A stretch of 63,993 nt of DNA, the filler included, from Octopus bimaculoides (Eukaryota): NCBI RefSeq assembly GCF_001194135.2. It is 3 parts of 3 records of this genome, joined end to end, with 100 filler letters (N's around TTAATTAATTAA, not from the genome) between each part and the next. Parts side by side here need not be neighbours in the genome. Positions count along the whole stretch, not along the records: positions 1 to 30,647 come from NC_068993.1; 2 more parts are not named here. One strand, given 5' to 3'. The notes below the pieces were generated by a model. The model was not told the origin of the DNA. It made no database searches and was given only the letters and a program-made list of their open reading frames with translations. The stretch's first letter is position 1; every line of letters starts with the position of its first letter. Made by a program: the position numbers and the translations under genes. Below are positions 14,521 to 29,395 of this stretch, piece by piece.

Positions 14521-15208
14521 TCCCATTTTTAAACAGTAGGGTGTGATTTAGGAAAATTTGGCAGTTATTTCTAGCAGATCAGTTTGAACATGTTGAGGTT
14601 CCCACTTTGACTCTTTGAAAATTAATTGAAACACATAAGCAGATTACTTCATTAGAAATATAGTCACAAAAGGATTAACCTCATAGCTCTCTGCCATATG
14701 CTTCTGTATTTCAGTGTTTCAACTTTAACCCCTTAACATTCAGATTACTCTTTCAAATGCAATTCTTATTTATTCACATAAATCTCATAGAATCAAGATT
14801 TCAATGATGTGCTTATTTAGTTTTTACAGTGACATTGTAGAGGAGGTGTGAGAAGCCAGATGTGGCTAGTTTGAGCACGAAACAGGTAGAATATTTTGGC
14901 CAGATATGGCCAGTTTAGATGCTAACGAGTTAAAAAAGTCGAGTATTCAATATGTTTTTGTTATTTTTTTTTATGGAATCTTTAATAAATCGGTACCTTT
15001 TTACCTTGCACTGTGGCCATGCTAGGGCTTTGCTGTAACTAGTTTAGTCAAACAAATCAATCCCATTATTTATTTTTAAGGCTGGTACTTATTATAGTAG
15101 TCTCTTTTACCAGGATGTAAACAAACCAGCAACAGTTGTCACATGGTGGTGAAGGGCAATCACAAACACAAAGATACATGCATGTATACACACATACATG
15201 TTTATAAA

Positions 15209-15261
<53 letters not shown>

Positions 15262-16667
15262 TATATTGTTCTGTGAAGGTAAGATCAACAAAAAGAAAGT
15301 ACTCCATCTGTTGAGAGATAAATATTGTTTAATGAACACGGTGTATATTTTTATGAGCTACTAATAGTTTCATGCAATGAAAACGATGCAGATAGCATTT
15401 TATAACATGTCTGGTGCATTCATGCAATCTTCAGGCAGTGAGTGGTCACATGGCATATACAAGCTAGCACAATCTGAAGAGGCACCAGATGTGTTATAAA
15501 ATGCTGCATGTATTGTTTTCATTGCATGAAATTCCTAGTGGCTTATAAAAATATATACTGTGTCCATTAAACAATGTGTGTGTTTTGTGTCTACCAAATT
15601 CACTCACAAGGCATTAGTTGGCCTGGGGTTATAGTAGATGACACTTACCCAAGATTTCACACAGTGGAGCTGAACCCAAAACCACATGGTTGCAAACTGA
15701 ACAACCACACAACAATAAAGGTAAAGGTACCTTCTCAAATCATGCCAACTCATAAGGGCCAATTTTCCAATTTCCTTGGCATATATATTCCCTACCTGGA
15801 TGGGATGCCAGTCTGTCACAGGGTTACTCATGTTTGCCAGCTGAGTGGACTGGAGCAACGTGAAATGAAGTGTTTTGCTCAAAAACACTTGTCACCTGGT
15901 CCAGGGATCAAAACCATAATATTACGATCATGAATCCAACACCTTAACCACTGAGCCACACACCTCCACAATCACACAGCAATGCCTCTGACTAATTAAA
16001 ATAATGCAAGCGTTCATACAAAAATCAGTTATTGAACTTGCACTTAGTTGGATTATAGATTTAACTGTTTTGATTATGACCCAGAATGGAACCACAACAT
16101 CAGGAGCAGGGAACCCTTCATTTACATTCAGATTCAAAGCCCATAAGTTGACTACATCTCTTAAAAAAAAAACAGTATATAAAAAAAAAAAGAAACAGAA
16201 AAATTTTTAAGATCACGACCAGTAATTTAATACATATATTTATAAAATTAAATATTCATTAATTTTTTTTTTCAGCACAGTTGTACTTTCATAGGTGCTT
16301 ATGTACTTGTAAATTGCCCTTGGTATGAAAAACTTTCCCTGCCTCTTGCTCTTTGTGCATGCTCAAACTGCTAGAAATAGCAACCAAATCTCTTTCTAAT
16401 CACCTTCAATTATCTACAATAATCATAATAACTGTGATAATAATAGTAATAACAATAATAATAATGGTTTCAAATTTTTGACACAAGGCCAGCAATTTGG
16501 GGGAAAGGGAAAAGTTGATTACATCGACCCCAGTGTTCAGCCAGTACTTATTTTATGAACCCTCAAAAGAATGAAAAACGAAGTTGACCTTGGCTGAAGG
16601 TAAAGATGAACAAAATACCACTAAGCATTTTACCTGACATGCTAACAATTCTGCCAGCACGCCACCT

Positions 16668-16711
<44 letters not shown>

Positions 16712-19397
16712 ATGATGATAATAGCTGTTTCTGATATATGTACAAGGCCAGCAATTTTGAGGGGTGGGTATTCAATTGATTCTATTAGACTCAGTACTTA
16801 ACTGATGCTTTATTTTATCAAAAAGATGAAGAAAAAGAAAAAAGAGAAAAACTGACTTTGGAGGGATTTGAACCCAGAACTGAAAGAGATGTTGATTTTC
16901 ACATTTATATCATACTTTTAACAAAAAATGAGTAAACAGAAAATATATTTGCAAAACATAAGGTACCAAATGATCCATCTGTAGGTCATGGATGAAAAAC
17001 ACAATCTATGTGATTCTTGCTTCATGTATGATATAGTGAAAAAATATGGTGTTCATATCAAAACTAATTAAGATATTGCATTAGGGCTTTGAGACAAAAT
17101 GAAAAATGAGGCCCTTGAGCCATCACATTGAAAGATACCAGATAACCTAACGATAAATCAGTAGTTTATAATCTTGTCATCACCACCATATTGTGTCCCA
17201 TGATCAAAACATTTCAACTTTCAATAGTTTCCATGGCTTTAAGTAGGTACTTGTAGTCAGAATAGTTTGCCCTATAGTTTACTGATGCCAGTGACAATGT
17301 TATAAAATTGGTTTCAAATATTGGCACAAGGCCTGCAATTTCAGGGCAGAGAGTAAGTTGATTACATTGCACTCAGTAATCAACTGGTCCTTATTTTATT
17401 GACCCTGAAAAGATGAAAGGCAAAAATCAACCTCTGCAGTATTTGAACTCAGAATGTAACGACGGAAGAAATGCCTCTAAGCGTTCTACCCAGTGCGGTA
17501 ATGATTCTGCCAGCTTGCTGTCTTACATGTAAAATCAACATGTTTCATGTGCTCTGAATGCTGACTTTTAGTTGTGTGGCCTTAGTGGAGATAAAACTTT
17601 AGTTGGGTTTAACTCCCATTTCACTCTCTGGTCCTTGGCTACCTTTAGCAGAGTCCACTCTGTTACACACATTCAAGCAAAGTTTCCAGTTTGAAGAGAA
17701 CTGGATATCTTGACACACTACTTACTATTTCAGTTACCCATATTTGTTGCTCAGTTTAAACCACGATCACTGCCTGATCCTTGGGTGCCTTTAGCAGAGT
17801 TGACTGCATTACAAGCATTCACCTGAGCCTTCAATTTGAGGATAACTTCATTTCTTGATACACTTCCTACTGCAGTAAATCATGACTTGAAGTTTCTGTC
17901 TTCCTTTCTTCCTGACGTTCTTAAAGGCCCTGTGAAAATTCCATGGGCTCTGAATGTATTTCCTCTTCTGATTAAACCATTTTTTCTTAAACAGCGAATT
18001 ATTCCAGTACCTACTCACTTGAATCAAAATTATCCTATTAGAATAGCTTGACAAAAAACAGGCTCCACCAAGCTGGTTTACCTTCATTACAGTATATTAA
18101 CACAAAATTTTTGTTGTAATTTTTGTTTAACACTAGGCTGGCTTTGATCAATCAGGTCAATGATCACAGATATTCCAGTAACATCCTTTCCCATTTTTTT
18201 TTTCAAGTTTAGTATATTTAGGACTACATTATTCTATACACTCATTCTTTTTACAGGGTCAATATGAATAAGCACCAGTTGAGCACTGGGGTCGACGTAA
18301 TTGACCTGCCCTCTTCAAGCACCCAACTTCACATGTCCCCATGTCCCTTTACCTGCTTTATGGGACTAAACACCACTACTAGTTACCTGTCTTGTGATGA
18401 GCTGTGCTTCAACATGGTGGTGCCTACTTACGTTCAAGTGGACTGAGCCAATGAGAGCTAAATGTCTTTGAAGTACACGTGACACTGTATATATAAGCTC
18501 TTGATCCTTTGGACATTACACTGTTAGTTTACAGAGTTCGCTGTCTGTGGTTTAACAAAAGCAATATTTCTCATAGAAATAACCCAAATGTTACATTGCT
18601 AATTAAGTAGTTAGAAATTTAAGAGTTATTAAATGTTGAACAGTTAAGCTTAAAAGGTGGAAACTAATACGTCAGTGTATATGTGCTTGTGTGTAGATGG
18701 TATGGGGTAGGGGAAAACCCACAGAGGTTTAACTTTAAATTGAATATTAGTGAAAAGGAGGATGTGGTGGTGGTGTGGGGGAAGGTGACAATGTCTGTTG
18801 TAGTAGTGGTGGTGGTGTTGGTTCATTAGCAGGGGTGGGTAGGAAATGATGGTAAAGAGATTTAGATAGTGGGAAATGTTGTTGTTGTTGTTGGTGGTGG
18901 TGATGGTGGCGGTAGTGGTAATAGTGCAAACCGCTATCATGGTTAGTGGTAAAGATAGTAGGGGTTGCAGTGTTTGAGGTGGTGGTGGTGGATGGTAATT
19001 GGTGGGATTCGTATTAACATGCAAATATTTTCCAGCTTACTTATTAAGGCTAAATTAATAAGTCTACTTATGCAAGATCAATAGTACACACATTAAATCA
19101 AAAGTACATCTAGTGAGGTTAAATTAAAACAGTTTGCTGTATACACCGAGTAGTACAGATTCGTGTTTTAATTAATCTGATATGTGTATGTATGTATGTA
19201 TATATATGTATGTTTGTGTGTCTGTTGTGTATGTGTATTCTATGTGGCTGTGTATGTATGTATATATATATATATTTATATATATATATATATAAATATA
19301 TATATGAACATCTGTGTATGTAATTGAGCATATAAATATATGTATCTGTATCTATATATGAACATATACATAAACAGTTTAATAAATAGGCAAGTGC

Positions 19398-19428
<31 letters not shown>

Positions 19429-21231
19429 CTCATATATTTATGCATACATACATATGTGTGTGTGTGTACGCACACATATACTTTTATTATTTTTCTTAGC
19501 AGGAAGTTACAAAATTTACTCAGGGGATGAACGTTTCATGCATGGCACTTATTTGTTGTGCTAAAAACATATATATATCATCATCGTTTAACATCCGCTT
19601 TCCATGCTGGCATGGGTTGGACGGTTTGACTGGGGACTAGTGAGCCAGATGGCTACACCATGCTCCAATCTGTTCTGGCAGAGTTTCTACAGCTGGATGC
19701 TCTTCCTATATTTATATATATATATATATATATATATTACCATCATTATCCTTTTACGTCCACTTTTCCATAGGTTAAGTGGGTATTTCTTGTGCATCAT
19801 TTTTTTTACTACTGCTATCAGTCTCCTCTTTTCTTCTCATTTCTTTTCCAGTTCTCTAATCTTGCAAGTTCTTTCGTCTTGGATTGCTTCATACTTCATT
19901 TCCCAACTGTTGTCCTTTCATAAGCATTACATTCATATCCTCGCAGTTTACTCTCTTGCACTTATGTGTATATATGTATGTGTGTATCTGTGTGTGTGTG
20001 TATTATTCTTAAAGGAAGATATTGTTGATAGTGACTTTGAAGTTTTGGCCATTTAAGCCATTGTTGGCTGTCTGACAATGGCTTAATTGGCAGAAACTTT
20101 GGAGTCACTGTCAACAATATTCATGGTTAAGAATGCTAAATTTCTACTCTATAAAAGCATAGAGTAATCTGTCAGATGAATATTAAATCATTTTCATTAT
20201 AACTGAACATAAAAACAAACATTAATATGTGTGTGTGTGTGTTGTGTATGTTGTGTGTGCCTATCTTTTTGTCTTTTATATTCTACTTGTTTCAATCATT
20301 GAACAGTACCCAAGCTGGGTGACTGCTATTCAGTGTTTAATTGAACAAATCAACCCTTTTTTTAAACCCTAGTTGCTATTCTATCGATCTCTTTTAAAAT
20401 GTATATATTTTACTGTTAAGAGTTGGCAGCTGTTCTGTTGTATCTTACACTTGGCTCATTAACAAGTTAAGTTTTTTTAAGAAATTGTTAAGGAATTAGT
20501 TTGGCATTCTGTGCTGCCCATTTGCAATAATTCTGATACCTGTTTTTGTTTTTTTAATTTTCTTTTACAAAAAGGACCCTCTTTGTTTATATGTCATATA
20601 AGGACCAATCATCCAGCTTTTTGGGTGACATTTCAAGTGATGGCTACACTAAAACATTAGTCAAGTCCAACATCATCATCATCACCATTTAACATCCATT
20701 TTCCATGCTGGCATGTGTAAAATTGTTTGGCAGAGGCTGGTAAGCCTGAGGACTGCACCAAGTTCTGTTTTAGCATGGTTTCTACAACTGGATGCCCTTC
20801 CTAATGCCCACCATTTTACAGAACATACTGGGTGCTTTTACATGGCACCAGCAATAGTGAGGCCACCACATCAATAAGCAGATGGATACATAAATATATC
20901 AGGACGTGTGTGTGTGTGTGGGGGGGGGTGTATGTGTGTAGATGGCAGACAGATTGATCGAGAAATATTTTATTTATAATTCATTGTAATTCCTTAAGTT
21001 TTTTTTTTTTTTTTTTTTTTTTTTTTGAAATCTAAAACTTATTGTAAGCTTTTTTTTCCCATGTCTTTTGCATCAATCTCTCTTAGAATTAGGGTCTCTG
21101 ACTAGTATGTGTAACCATGCTGTTTCTGAAGGTTGGATTTGATATGTTCCTGTATGAACATACATGCTTTCTTGCTTGTTGCTAAGACGATATTTTATTA
21201 ACATCATAAAGAGTGTAGCAGAAGTTACAGC

Positions 21232-21463
21232 CAAGGTGGCGAGCTGGCAGAAACGTTAGCACGCCGGGTGAAATGCCTAGTGGTATTTCATCTGCCGTTA
21301 CGTTCTGAGTTCAAATTCCGCCGAGGTTGACTTTGCCTTTCATCCTTTCGGGGGTCGATAAATAAAGTACCAGTTATGCACTGGGGTTGATGCAATCGAT
21401 TTAATCCCTTTGTCCTTGTTTGTCCCCTCTATGTTTAGCCCCTTGTGGGCAATAAAGAAATAA
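21232..21463 (+). mobile_element. tRNA-derived SINE (family B; octopus OR-like, Nin-like central domain), representative copy
   Basis: GGTGGCGAGCTGGCAGAA...GAGTTCAAATTCCGCCGAGGTTGACTTTGCCTTTCATCCTTTCGGGGGTCGATAAATAAAGTACCAG. Many similar copies, e.g. about 875-1075, 11575-11790, 30338-30545, 42280-42480, 50740-50950, 55337-55550, 60175-60380. The family name is an inference. Confidence 0.8.
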
Positions 21464-21899
21464 GAAGTTACTGCCTAGGAATTGAACTTGAATCACTGTC
21501 TTCATATATGAAAGCAAGTATGAATACCCAAACAGGATTTTGTCAGGGATTGGTGACGTCAGCAAGCAAGTAGCCATTCAGGTGTCTAAGGCTCTAACAT
21601 GTTTCATTATATTGTCTCCTGAGTAAGGTACAAAACGCTCCTTGCTTTAGTTTGCCTAACTGATAAAGAGATCACACTCCTACATCATTGTTCAATTGTT
21701 AGTAATCAAAAGTGTATTCAACTGTGAAATATATTGAGTGACATTAACAACACACATGCACATGCATATATGTGTGTGTGTGTATCGTTTTCTCTCTCTC
21801 TCACTATATATATATATACACACACATGCATGTATGTGTTGGCACTTATGGACACATAAATGCATATAAATGTATATTTTATATGTCATCATCATCATC

Positions 21900-21934
<35 letters not shown>

Positions 21935-22391
21935 NNNNNNNNNNNNNNNNNNNNNNNNNNNNNNNNNNNNNNNNNNNNNNNNNNNNNNNNNNNNNNNNNN
22001 NNNNNNNNNNNNNNNNNNNNNNNNNNNNNNNNNNNNNNNNNNNNNNNNNNNNNNNNNNNNNNNNNNNNNNNNNNNNNNNNNNNNNNNNNNNNNNNNNNNN
22101 NNNNNNNNNNNNNNNNNNNNNNNNNNNNNNTGTAATATATAGTTGAAAACTATTGACACTACATATGTAATGATAACATTTTGCTTACAATTGGCTCATG
22201 ATGTCCAAAAAATCACACATGTATGCTCGCAAACACATGTGCACAGGCATGTTCCCCTCCCACAAAATGGGCTTCTTTCAGCTTCTGTCTAATTCAGTCC
22301 ACACTCAAAGCATTGATTGACCTGGCTCTATATGAGAAGGAACTTATCCAAGGTACTGTGCAATGAGATTGAACACAAAACTACAACTCTG

Positions 22392-22442
<51 letters not shown>

Positions 22443-23833
22443 TTATTTATACATATATATATAAATAACGGGCTTCTTTCAGTTTTGATCTACCACATCC
22501 ACTCCCAAGTTTCTGCTGGCTCAAAGTGCCATGCAGTGGGACTGAACCCAGAACCATGTGGCTGGGAAGCAAACTTCGTACCACACAGTCACATCTGTGC
22601 CTGTTATTATTATAAATGTGTGTTATTATATTATGCGTGTGTGTGTGTGTGTGTGTGTATGTGTATAAAATATTTCAATATATGTATGTGCATTATATGT
22701 GAATGTATATGCATGTGTATATGAAACCATCATTTCTTATCATACTTGCTGTTATTGTATTTATCTAATTACATTCAATGACTTTTTAGTGATTTTGGTG
22801 TGGGTGTGAACATTAAGATTCTTTTTCAACCATGTACGTCATCAGAAACTAATTAGAAAATATATTTTTTCTCTAAATATGCAGTAATATGTTTGCAGAT
22901 ATACTTTTTTTCTCTGATATATGTGTGTTATTTGAGTGGGAGCAACCGAGAGAAATTATGAAAAAATTATGTTGGTTAACAAACATTTAAAGCTGTAGAG
23001 TAAGGCAGGAACATCATCTTCATGAAAAATTATAGTTAAGTTTGGTGTTAATATATTTAGGAGCTGACTATTAGAAAGGTAATGATGAATAATTATGCAA
23101 ATAAGGGAAAAATCATATTAATGACTAATATTATTTTTCTTTTTCCAGAAAACAATTCTCAACAATTACTATTTTATGATTTATTCATCAATACTTCAGC
23201 AATTACAGTGACGCTTACACTTCACACTGTTGAGGTTAGAATAAAACTAAAACAAGTCCATAGTTGTCTCCCATATTTAATGAAAATATTAGAGATGGAC
23301 TAATGTTATTTATTTTCACCTACATATTTATTTCTAAATCCTTTCTGTTTTATTCCTTTCATGATTTTCTGTCTCCATTCCATTGAGAAATTACTTACAC
23401 AGAAGGACTTGAAGAAATTAGTACTGGTCTGTGACAGCACTAGCTTATTCACATCACTTCAAAAGCAGAATTAATGGCTCCACTCCAGTATAGATTCCAT
23501 CAATTTCCTTTATTTCGGATTGGAATTTTTCTTGCCAGATCTACTCTGTTGTAGCATGTGCTGACGAGGCTACCTCCAAACACATTCTATTGGCTTTGAT
23601 GTCCTTCTCGGTTTGATTATATCCTCCGTACTTTTCTTTCTGTACTTTAATGACTTATTTATTTGTATTCATAGCCAGGAGAGGCTGTCTGATAAGCAGT
23701 TTGCTTCTGGACCACAAGGTTTTGTGTTCAGTTCCACTGCAAAACGCCTTGGACAGCCGTCTTCTACTATAGTCTAGGGCTGACCAAAGCCTTATGAGTG
23801 GATTTGGTAGATGGGAACTGAAAAAATCTATCG

Positions 23834-23909
<76 letters not shown>

Positions 23910-26238
23910 TGTGTGTGTGTGTGTGTGTATAGTTCGATTCAGCCTGAGGTTAGCTCATCATTTTTCGGTCATTTGTTTATATTTAAAAAATTGTTACTTC
24001 AAATTGGAGAATAAATATCATTATGATATATATTATATGCAGTTATTATATATATATATATATGTGTGTGTGTGCTCATACATCTTTGTGCTGGGTGGGG
24101 TGCATTACTGTCTCCCTGTCTTGACATCGCATGATAGTTGTAAAGAAATGCTACTGTCATGCAAGCAGTGTTCTTGGAGTTTCAGTCTACCTGTGATGTA
24201 ATTGTCTGGTCATGGGGAAATATTAACCTTACTTAGAATCAAGTGCATGTTGGTGACACGAAGGGTGTCTGTTGAATGAATTCTGTTCAACTCATGTAAG
24301 CATAGGAAAGTGGAGATTAAACCCATGTTGATGATGAGTCCTCTTCCCATCCTCTCTCTCTCTCTTTCACACATGCACACACCTGTGCATGCACATTAAA
24401 ACACCTGCTTGAGTGCACATGTCCCTATATAAATGATACTATTACTAACTCTTCCTTGATTTTTTTCACGCAAGATCATACACATGCAACACAGACACTT
24501 AACATGTCCATGAACACAGACTTTGTCATTATTCTCCAAGGCAGTGGGTCTCAACCATTCTTTGCCTTATGGGCCCCTTTGATTTCTATTTTACTCAGGA
24601 AAGGGGTAGAGACCCTCATAGCTAAAATCTATTATATTTTTATGGTTAGATATTATTAGGAATTATAAAAAAAGTGTTTAAATATTTTGTGTATTGCCAA
24701 AATATAATCGATTTAAAGCCCATAAATTTTAACTGCAAAATCTTCTATGGACTCCCAAAGGTCATAGGGCTCCTGGGGTCATATATATGGACCCCAGTTA
24801 GGAACCACTGTTCTAAAGGGTGCATGACAATCTAGCTTTTTGTTTTTTTGTTTTTTTTCAGCTGCACCAAATCACAGTAACTACATATATTTAGGAAATG
24901 TCTTTTATTGTATCTTGGGAGAATCATTATGCCAATAATAAACGCTGCACTGGTTCTATTTCACTTCATTTATTATTATTTGTCAATTCATTAACATTTA
25001 ATCAGTTAACTAATCAATTGTTCGTTTACTCATTTGGTTAATCAGGCATGCTTCTGACTTGGAGTAGTAAGAGCATGTCTTTGATGAGGTTGCTAATGGT
25101 AACAAAAGAACTTTGACAAACAAAGCTGCTTGACTGACTGGCCAAATGAGTAATCAAACTGCTGATTACTTGATTGGTTTAAATGTTAATGAATTGACTG
25201 ATAATAATAAAAGAAGTGAAACAGAACCAGTGCATGTGCTTATTATTAGCATGATGACCCACCCAAGATATGATAATCTGTTTCAGTCCATAAGTTCACA
25301 TCAAAAATCTAGCAAACAAAACACAGTAACTACATGCATTGAGGAAAACAGTCTTGAAGTTTACCATTTATGAATGAAACACACAGCATAAACCTCAAAG
25401 ACTAGTAGTATACCATTCTTGAGTATAACCAGTCTTGTAGTATATCGTTTATGAATGAAACTCACAAGATAAACCTCAAAGACACTTCACTGCTTAACCT
25501 TGCATCATTGGGGATCTGTCATGGAACCCTCTCAAAGGCACATTAACCCTTTAGCATTCAGATTACTCTGTTAAAGTAATGCTTATTTATTCACATTGTT
25601 TTGAATGAATTATACATTATTTTGTGGCTTTGAGATTTTTGATGAGGTAACTGTTGATTTTAGGATGATATTGTAGGTTTGGTGCAAGAGGCCAGATCTG
25701 ACCATTTTGCACATAAAACAAAGTAGGATATTCTGGCCAGATATGGCTTGTTTAAACTGGTTTAAATGCTAAAGTGTAAACATATTGCTTACATATCTCA
25801 AAAAGGGTTGCTGTTTCACACAGACATAGTTTTAATTGCTATTCTAACTGGTTATCAAGGTTTCACTCAATGGCAAGCTACACTCAGACACCTTGTTTTT
25901 TTTTTTTAAGTACAACACCTCAATCTGCTTCTCTCAGCTGCATAACCCTTCCTCCTAAACTCACCTAACACACTCATCGTTCTTTCTGTCATTAAACCAT
26001 GCCAGATATTCCACTTAACAAACTTGGCCTATTTCTTCTCGCATACTCCTCTGCAGACATTGATCTTATAGGTACTCAAACTCATCATTGTCAATCAACC
26101 ACATCAAATTCCTTTGTCTCTGAGAGAGTCTGCAAACTTCATAGCCATTGTTCCTTCACCTCGTGACTAACTTCTGAGCTTCTCTGGCTATTTATATACA
26201 TGCATTCATTGACCCACGGTTGATTTTAATCCTAATTA

Positions 26239-26290
<52 letters not shown>

Positions 26291-26640
26291 CATTCAGTAG
26301 TTTTATTTTTATAACGTGCTTTCACTTCACTACCGAGCGCAGCTCTGTGTGCCTTGGGTATGTGCTGTGGTTTGCTGTGATGCTCTTATGGTTACTGTAT
26401 TGAAAGTGTTTTGCATAGGATGTGTGCAGTGCCCAGTAGTGCAATTATCTGTATGCGATATATATTTGTAAGTCCTGGTGTTTTTGTTATGTATTTGTCT
26501 GAATATTTTTTTATTATACCTAAGGCACCTACTATGATAGGAATTGTTTCTGTTTTTAGATTCCACATTCGAGTTACCTCTATTTCCAGGTCTTTGTATT
26601 TTGAAAGTTTTTCCATTTCTTTTAGGGAAACGTTGTCATC
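26291..26640 (-). mobile_element. 5'-truncated R4/Dong-like (REL endonuclease) non-LTR retrotransposon 3' end with (TAA)n tail
   Basis: DDNVSLKEMEKLSKYKDLEIEVTRMWNLKTETIPIIVGALG...ALLGTAHIL, followed by a short 3'UTR and a TAA repeat. Confidence 0.85.
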
Positions 26641-26644
26641 TATT

Positions 26645-26697
<53 letters not shown>

Positions 26698-29214
26698 CAT
26701 CATCATCATTAACCAACAGTAAAAAAAAAACAATACTGTCACCACCACCATGTTCTCCATCATTACCATAATGGTGAGGATAATGATATTGATGTCTCAT
26801 ATTAACTAGTTGGGAACATCTTGATTGATTGCTTGATAATTATAAGGTGGTGAGCTGGCAGAATTGTTAATGTATTGGACAGAGTTCAAATTCTGCTGAG
26901 GTTGACTGCCTTTCATCCCTTCGAGGTTGATGAAATAAGTACTGGTCAAGCACTGGGGTTGAAGTAATCAACTAGCACACTCCCACCAAAATTTCAGGCC
27001 TTATACCTATTGTAGAAAGGATGATAATAAAGTGGATGACAAAGATGATATTTTTGCTCTGTGAAACTATAATTGCATTTGAGGAGGAAGATATTGGAAG
27101 GAATTCATATCTGTTTAGATAAGTCAAGGCAATTCAAATACACAAATATGTAATGTAAAGAAAACATGAATTTTCATGTTACCACGGAAAGAGATGAACA
27201 CAAAGAGTTGATGTGAATGAAATTATTATAACAATATTCAAGATTACTGTTATATGATATTTATAGTGTTAGACCAAATGTTTGTAGAGGTTGGCCTAAT
27301 GCATTACTCAGTTTAACTCTACCATCTAGTTCTTGGATACTTTTAGTAGAGTAGGTTAATCATATGTATAGGTTACTCATCCAATGATTAATCTACTGCT
27401 CCCTGTAGTACCTTTCTTTGCATAAAATATTGTTTGCTTGAGGGTAGAGTTGGAAGGGGCTCTCTATCAGTTGCTTGCTCTCAAGATATGATAAGGGTTT
27501 AGTCTTGGTGGATAATGTTTCGGAAGACAGCTATGTCAGCTAGCAGGACCATTCTGTGACTACTAAATTTTAACTGGACTATTTACTGTAACCACAGTAG
27601 TGCTTATTATTAGCAGTTGCCCAGATTCCTGATTGTAGTCACGCTTTCTCCCTACTGGTCTTGGAGTCCTTCCAAAGATCATCAGTATTGCCCTTCATTA
27701 TTGTTAATTAACTTTTAATATCAACTTTCTCTCCTGTGACTGCCTTTACTAAGTGTTCATTTTTGAATTAAAAGTCTTCATTGTAATATCATTAAAATAT
27801 ATATTATATTTTAATTGGTCAATATCAGCTCAGTTGTACCAACATAAAATATATAGATTAAATAATATATTTTTAAAATGTATACATTTGTAATATAAAG
27901 TAGGTATAAATATTTAATATGAAAAAGATATAAATGTTTGATATAGAAACAGTATAGATATTTAGAAACTTAATTGAATCATTAGAAATAAAATTATGAA
28001 AGAACTAAACCAATAAAAAGGTAGAAACTGGTACCCTTTCCTGATCTCTGTGCCATCTGGAGTATTCCATTTTAAACTTATTACATTTTCATTATTCAGA
28101 CTCAAAATCTTTGTCTATTTTCTAGAAAAAAAAAAATAATAAGTGATTTTCTATTTTGGTGAAATTCTTTTATTTTCATTTTGTTTTTCTTTTTTTTCTT
28201 TTGTTCTTGTAGGAAAAAGAATATTAATTTACTAAAGAAACCACACTGAAATGTGCGTATATATGTTACATTTATACACTTATTTATTTCTGTTTATTCA
28301 TTTATATATTTATTTGTTTTTGTTGTTGTTTATAAAAGTTGAAAATATTTGTTTGATATATTTATAATGGTTAAATTTTATATTTGTTACTTATATTTAT
28401 TGAATTTCCAAGGAGAATTTTCTTATTAGAACATTGAAAGACACAATAGGTAGACTATCAGACAAAATAGCTTGTAGTATTTGCTTACCTCCCTTTATGT
28501 TCCATAGTCTAATCCCATTGAGGTTTTATTTACTTCATTTAATTTTGAAAATAATGTAACTCTATCATTATTATTAACTTGGTGTTTAGAACATGAAATT
28601 GTGAAAGAAGGTTTTTATTTAGACCATTTTAAACATGAAACCTGTATCTTAGAGACAGAGGTGGTTTTGAGCTGGTTGGTATCCAACAAATTAAAACAAG
28701 TAAAAAATTAAAACAAGTAAAAAATTAAAGCAGTAATCATGTGCAGGCATAGGTATGTACTGAAGAATTTTGATTCATTGCTCGAATGATGCTTTTTACG
28801 CGCCACTGGCATGAGACCAGTTGGGCAACACTGGCATTGACCACACTCAAATGGTGCTTTTTACGTGCCACTAGCACAGGTGCCAATCAGGCAGTACTGT
28901 CATCGGCCATGACGGTGACTTCACTTGACTCAACAGGTCTTCGCAAGTGCAGTTTATTACCCAATGATTGAAGGCTACTCTTAAATGGGCTGGTTATGTT
29001 GCATTGATTTTTAGAATAAGGTTTTTATAGTATATTTATTTTTCTAGATGGTGTGAATAACGTTTTTCCTTATTGAATTGATTAATAGAGGGTTTTTTTT
29101 CTCTAAATTATATACATATATTATATATTGTGAAATTTGATTTAGAATTGCTAAATTGAATTTTTCCCTGTAAGTTTTGGATTTATATTCCCTACTATTA
29201 TTATTATATAAATG

Positions 29215-29395
<181 letters not shown>

